This document shows, piece by piece, positions 43,101 through 46,178 of a DNA stretch of 46,178 nucleotides. Made by a program: the position numbers and the translations under genes. The notes below the pieces were generated by a model. The model searched no databases, was not told the DNA's origin, and saw only the letters and a list, made by a program, of their open reading frames with translations. The stretch is from a virus (taxonomy: Duplodnaviria; Caudoviricetes), in the IMG/VR virus record IMGVR_UViG_3300033412_000026, positions 1 through 46,178 of that record; one strand, given 5' to 3'. Position 1 is the stretch's first letter. Each line of letters begins with the position of its first letter.

Positions 43101-45073
43101 TTCCAGTAGGTGGTCAGCTCATCGGTTACCTTCTGGGTGCGAGTCCATCCGGTACCGAACTTCTCCCTCATCTTCGCCCAGTTGGAACCATTCGCGAAGA
43201 CTGCCTTCTCGAACAGGTCGAAGTCCATCAGGACGTGGTGGTTGGCCATCTGAGACTCGAACAGCGGAGTCGGAACCAGTCGAGCGCCGTCACTGTCCAC
43301 CGCTGCCGTACGAACTGGCAGGCCAGTCGTCGGGTCGGTCGTGGTGGCGGATCCGTACGTACGACGCTGAGAGGACTCGGCCTGCGCATTCCTGCGCATA
43401 CGAGCAAGCTCACCATACAGCTCACGGCCCATGGCCATGTCGAGCGGCTTGCTTGGGTTCTTCGCGTTGTACCTGCGGATGACATCAGAGGCGATGTCAT
43501 TCTCGATCTGGATCAGCTTGAGGTTGCGGTCGTTCGGAGATGCGGTGATGTAGTCAGAGACCCACTTCTCGCGAACGTCCCGTGGGACGTTCTTGTTCTC
43601 CTGGAGTGCAGCGTCAAGCTCCTTGTATCCGTTCTCTGCGTGTACGTCGATGTAGTACGACGGCTTGATGCCGTTGTACGTACGGACCAGCTTGATCGGG
43701 AAGGCAACCGACCCGTTGTAGATCAGGTTGGTAGTCCCACGGATGAAGCCCTGTCCGGTCACCTTCTGCCAGTTGGCATCCTGTACGGCACGAGATCCCT
43801 TCACCTTCATGCCGAGAGGCGTGGTCACCCTGTTGTAGTTCAGGTTGTCCAGGGAGGCGAAGCTGTCGATCTTGTCGGAGACAATACGAGACTGGCCGTC
43901 CGCCTTGGCGATCAGCTTGGTCTCGTTGTCAAGCATCGCCTTCACGCGCTGACCGTGGGAGGTCAGCTTGGATGCGTCACTCATGCTGTCGTAGTACTGG
44001 CCGAGCACGGACTGCTTGGCGGTTGCGCCGTCGATCTGCATCTTCAGGGTCGCGTTGCGAACCTCAAGGGCATCCTTGGCGGCTACGTCACCGATGGACA
44101 CACGGAGAACGTCAGAGACCTCGTCCGCGTCCTTCGCGGACGTGAGCAGTCGAGCCAGTACGTCACCGTTCGCAGACTTGGCGATGGTTGGCATGTCGCG
44201 ACGGAGGATCAGTGCGGCGTTGTCCGGGTTGGCGGTCTTGACCTTCATGACCTGGTTGACCATGGACTGGAAGCTGCTGTGCTGAGAGAGGACGTCGAAC
44301 GTTCCCTCCGGTCCCAGCCCCTGCTTCTCCGCTACCTTCGAAGCCTTCTCCACCATGGGCGCAGTCGGCTTGGTAAAGGTGAGAGCCTTGGCCGCACCGA
44401 GAGACTTACCTCCAAGCACGAGCGGGTCGAGGTACCAGGAGACCGCGAGGTCAGTGGCACCAGACACGTACTTGGATGCACCGGAGCTGAAGTATTCCTC
44501 GGATGCGATGCGTGCACCGAACGGGTCGTTCAGGGTTGGCTTGTCCCTGTACTGTCCCTTCAGCACGAGGTCCTTGTCGCGAGCGATCTGGTCAGGGCGG
44601 ATGCCCCTGTCCTTCAGCTCCTGGTCGTTCATGCCGAGCATCCAGACGGCCTGGCCTGGACTCACCTTGTGAGCTAGGTTCCAATAGTCCTGGAAGGCGT
44701 CCCACTCGCCATCCTCGCCGATGTAGTCCGGACGTCCGTAGATGACGCTGTGCAGCGACATCGTTCCGGCAGACAGGATAGGAGAGACCGTTGCGGAGTA
44801 GAACTTGTAGAGCTTGGACCCTACCCACTCGATAGGCTTGAGAAGCCACGGAGTGCCGCCACCCTCGGCGGCACCACGCTGACGGGCCAGCTCCGCGAGC
44901 TGAGCCTGGGTCATATCAGAGTTAGGGTTGGACATGTCGATGCCCTGCCCTGCCCAGTAGTCGGCTAGCTTCGCCTGGACATTCGCAGGTAGCTGCTCCA
45001 TGGAGCCGACACCAGAGAGCACGCCGTCACTGATGACCTGCATGTCCTTTGGGTTGTACTCAGTACCCGCCAC
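40166..45073 (-). CDS. Large internal virion (ejection) protein, ~1635 aa
   Basis: Largest ORF, helical, no tape-measure repeats; GTG start after GGAGA. Confidence 0.7.
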   Translation of the reverse strand: MAGTEYNPKDMQVISDGVLSGVGSMEQLPANVQAKLADYWAGQGIDMSNPNSDMTQAQLAELARQRGAAEGGGTPWLLKPIEWVGSKLYKFYSATVSPILSAGTMSLHSVIYGRPDYIGEDGEWDAFQDYWNLAHKVSPGQAVWMLGMNDQELKDRGIRPDQIARDKDLVLKGQYRDKPTLNDPFGARIASEEYFSSGASKYVSGATDLAVSWYLDPLVLGGKSLGAAKALTFTKPTAPMVEKASKVAEKQGLGPEGTFDVLSQHSSFQSMVNQVMKVKTANPDNAALILRRDMPTIAKSANGDVLARLLTSAKDADEVSDVLRVSIGDVAAKDALEVRNATLKMQIDGATAKQSVLGQYYDSMSDASKLTSHGQRVKAMLDNETKLIAKADGQSRIVSDKIDSFASLDNLNYNRVTTPLGMKVKGSRAVQDANWQKVTGQGFIRGTTNLIYNGSVAFPIKLVRTYNGIKPSYYIDVHAENGYKELDAALQENKNVPRDVREKWVSDYITASPNDRNLKLIQIENDIASDVIRRYNAKNPSKPLDMAMGRELYGELARMRRNAQAESSQRRTYGSATTTDPTTGLPVRTAAVDSDGARLVPTPLFESQMANHHVLMDFDLFEKAVFANGSNWAKMREKFGTGWTRTQKVTDELTTYWKFAQLFRIGYAPRALADDFLGQVARFGGAAMLMRTASGTADGMKDMFNATIRRNRTAQLKLDMANKETQLSQMATMQANLKAQITRGKAKGQDVTSLEDDLTTLIDDTMRVRDEHANLSAIAATGASKKDVRIGREVFSPYFGGQQGELFADLSSGGRNMFNLMGTQTDWYLKEVRRRDWEHIDPVTHGAEKHLQAWERVISRQIAQSEVGKLAMAGKSESELAHWMRSTPEGRRYAHDVKPSARSVDEQARLIKAEVDHVMNPALPGMDQIRAAAAKGESITQLLKDTPLANRPMVNGETWRYAEGTSPVAQLMNSSINSFYKWANQLPAQKFLRHPLFGQSYKAHLADQLRIMRAQGVTHLDDTMRKAMEENARKGALDDVKKFTFTLDSESKMSYMLRNFGAFFGAQQESWNRWARIISDKPQVLPHVAQVYGAPARAGLVVDQDGNPVDGAGYSTDPLTGERKLTSYTDRKMLIQVPEYLGGKKLNKALGLDEDASFVVPMSSLELVLNNGDGALPVGAGPYVQIAANHFAQDDPGFADWSKKMGVLPFGPQDSWTNFVNPTTGQRLSQANDDMGQTKQRALFYMMQVENYKYEEGLRDTEPTWDELKDRADRWTIFRTAAAFGLPFSVNGQDPYQYFRDEFQRLQKLDPNSADEKFYDKYGDSLYLFSQSMSKNNSGLRPTAESVKMSKHYQDLIGDLGPEWAGAVVGSEGDGVYSDGAFYYQKSHSVDPASNTPDRSNMSAREAMDAAKIDRGWKQYNSIMDMVNADLFDRGLASYNDDGAEDLEAMRKAAITVLTSPTLNGEPNKWYNEAWTREFGKMDKAKYDINAQKWSKIVSDPEIWAKAALPDGTVGQRSDVYSMKTYLTYRAQMQAVLAQRDQEGGSADITAQSNNDLKTSWDDMVMQLMEQDTKFSWVHSRYFATDMGFNLDTKADEEEQQNLLFGDASIIGEQAAPQQPGIGMMDSLEAGGVSG

Positions 45074-45299
45074 CGATCTCTCCGATCTCTGGTTCTGGCA
45101 GCTCCGCCAGACCAGTATCGTCATACGGAGTGATGCCACTGTTAAGAAGGTTCTTGGCCATGTCGTTGGCCTGGTCCCTGGACACGCCGGAGCGTGCCAG
45201 GGAAATGCCCATCACTGGGGCGTCACCGAAAGCTAGAGCCAGGGCTCCCATGTCATCGAACCACTGGCCGCCGTACTTGTAGTCCAGGTCGGCCATCAC
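45060..45299 (-). CDS. Hypothetical late protein
   Basis: GTGA overlap with upstream gene. Confidence 0.7.
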   Translation of the reverse strand: MMADLDYKYGGQWFDDMGALALAFGDAPVMGISLARSGVSRDQANDMAKNLLNSGITPYDDTGLAELPEPEIGEIGGGY

Positions 45300-45715
45300 T
45301 GGCTCGCCTTCACCTTGCGCACGGTGTTACGCATGGCCCATGAAGCCCCAGGCTGGTTGGCCATGAACTCCAGGACCGGAAGGTAAGGAGCGAGGGACTG
45401 TAGATCCTCCTCGCGCTGGTTGACCAGCCCAAGGGCCTCCTCGCCTGCGCCCGCTCCCATCGCAGCTCCGTCAGTGACAGGAACGTCGGGCTGGGCAGAA
45501 GGGGCGTTGAGCCCCACCACCCTGGATGCAGGGTCGCCGAATAGCGAGGCAAAGTCTACGTTGCCTCCAGGGCTCTGGGCCACCTGTGCGCCCTGTCGCT
45601 GATCCTGGTAGGCAGCCTGCTCACCATAGTCAGCGTTGGGCAGGCTACGGTTGGCCTCGCCTACTGCCTTATCGGTCCTCTTGCTGAACTGTCCTGGTCC
45701 GGATACCTCAGCCAT
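45296..45715 (-). CDS. Hypothetical late protein
   Basis: SGPG.FSKRTD...YGE...PVT.GA..G.G pattern seen near portals of actinophage podoviruses. Confidence 0.8.
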   Translation of the reverse strand: MAEVSGPGQFSKRTDKAVGEANRSLPNADYGEQAAYQDQRQGAQVAQSPGGNVDFASLFGDPASRVVGLNAPSAQPDVPVTDGAAMGAGAGEEALGLVNQREEDLQSLAPYLPVLEFMANQPGASWAMRNTVRKVKASQ

Positions 45716-45920
45716 TCTCTTCCCCTACGATCTCATAGAACTTGTCCTCTTCACGCTTGTGAAGATTATGCTGTGCCGCAGCGATGGAGACCATCTGAAG
45801 TGTCTCAGCGGTCTCCCGCGCTACTCCTGCTAGCCAAGAAGCACCGAGGACGAGGAGCGTCCACTTTGTGTGCTTGAGCGGTCGGATCTCCACGTACTCT
45901 GTGGTTGCTTCCTCGTCCAC
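45708..45920 (-). CDS. Hypothetical late protein
   Basis: AAGGAGA RBS, GTG start. Confidence 0.7.
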   Translation of the reverse strand: MDEEATTEYVEIRPLKHTKWTLLVLGASWLAGVARETAETLQMVSIAAAQHNLHKREEDKFYEIVGEENG

Positions 45921-45929
45921 GGTATCTCC

Positions 45930-46145
45930 TTACTTGGCCATAGTCCCGCCACCACGGGTCATGCCCGTGTTGACGAGGATGTGCGTCTCCCACCCGATGG
46001 TAGGCGCAGGTGCCTGTGCACGGCTGTCGCCGTGCGAGGTGGAAGTCATCGGCTGCTGGGTGTGAGGCTCCAGCATACGACCCTTCAGGGTCTTCCAGTC
46101 GCCCTCGGGTCCGTGGTTACCCCCGAACCATCCCTGCTCGCTCAT
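45930..46145 (-). CDS. Hypothetical 71-aa late protein
   Basis: AAGGAG RBS; duplicate of 1-216. Confidence 0.75.
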   Translation of the reverse strand: MSEQGWFGGNHGPEGDWKTLKGRMLEPHTQQPMTSTSHGDSRAQAPAPTIGWETHILVNTGMTRGGGTMAK

Positions 46146-46178
46146 GCCTTGCTCCTTGTAGTTCGCTTCGGAACGGTC
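45930..46178. repeat. Direct terminal repeat / circular overlap, right copy
   Basis: Matches 1-249 with one mismatch. Confidence 0.95.

Noticed and set aside
40166-45073. Large ORF as tape measure or virion RNA polymerase
   Set aside because: No major tail, chaperone or tape-measure repeats, and no NADFDGD or single-subunit RNAP motifs seen; a structure search is still needed

Overview
The window looks like an essentially complete, GC-rich, lytic actinophage genome, most likely a Streptomyces podovirus. Its layout resembles what I recall of cluster BF, which I could not verify by search. It is probably linearised at a non-physical point: 1-249 repeats at 45930-46178 with one mismatch. The minus strand carries one long late operon running across the window ends: terminase, amidase endolysin, portal, small proteins, five putative internal/ejection proteins, a 22-tRNA array, scaffold, major capsid, tail and fibre genes, holin. 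The plus strand carries early genes (6.9-14.6 kb), many preceded by a long hairpin and an AAGGGAGAGA leader. It then carries a middle block: WhiB, Cas4-like nuclease, SSB, helicase, resolvase, split primase, dCMP deaminase and many micro-ORFs. A sigma factor and a metallophosphoesterase lie on the minus strand between these blocks. I recognised no DNA polymerase, RNA polymerase or integrase. The most unusual content is RNA. The tRNA array is a near-minimal set covering all 20 amino acids, with A34 anticodons and aberrant D-arms. Embedded in it are a ~220-nt tmRNA-like RNA and a circularly permuted (YrlA-like) tRNA module. Elsewhere there is an anticodon-defective tRNA-like element with a structured leader, a ~480-nt structured RNA after the early promoters, and Crp-type boxes, one at about -61.5 from a candidate late promoter. 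All calls come from reading the sequence by eye; no searches or folding programs were run.
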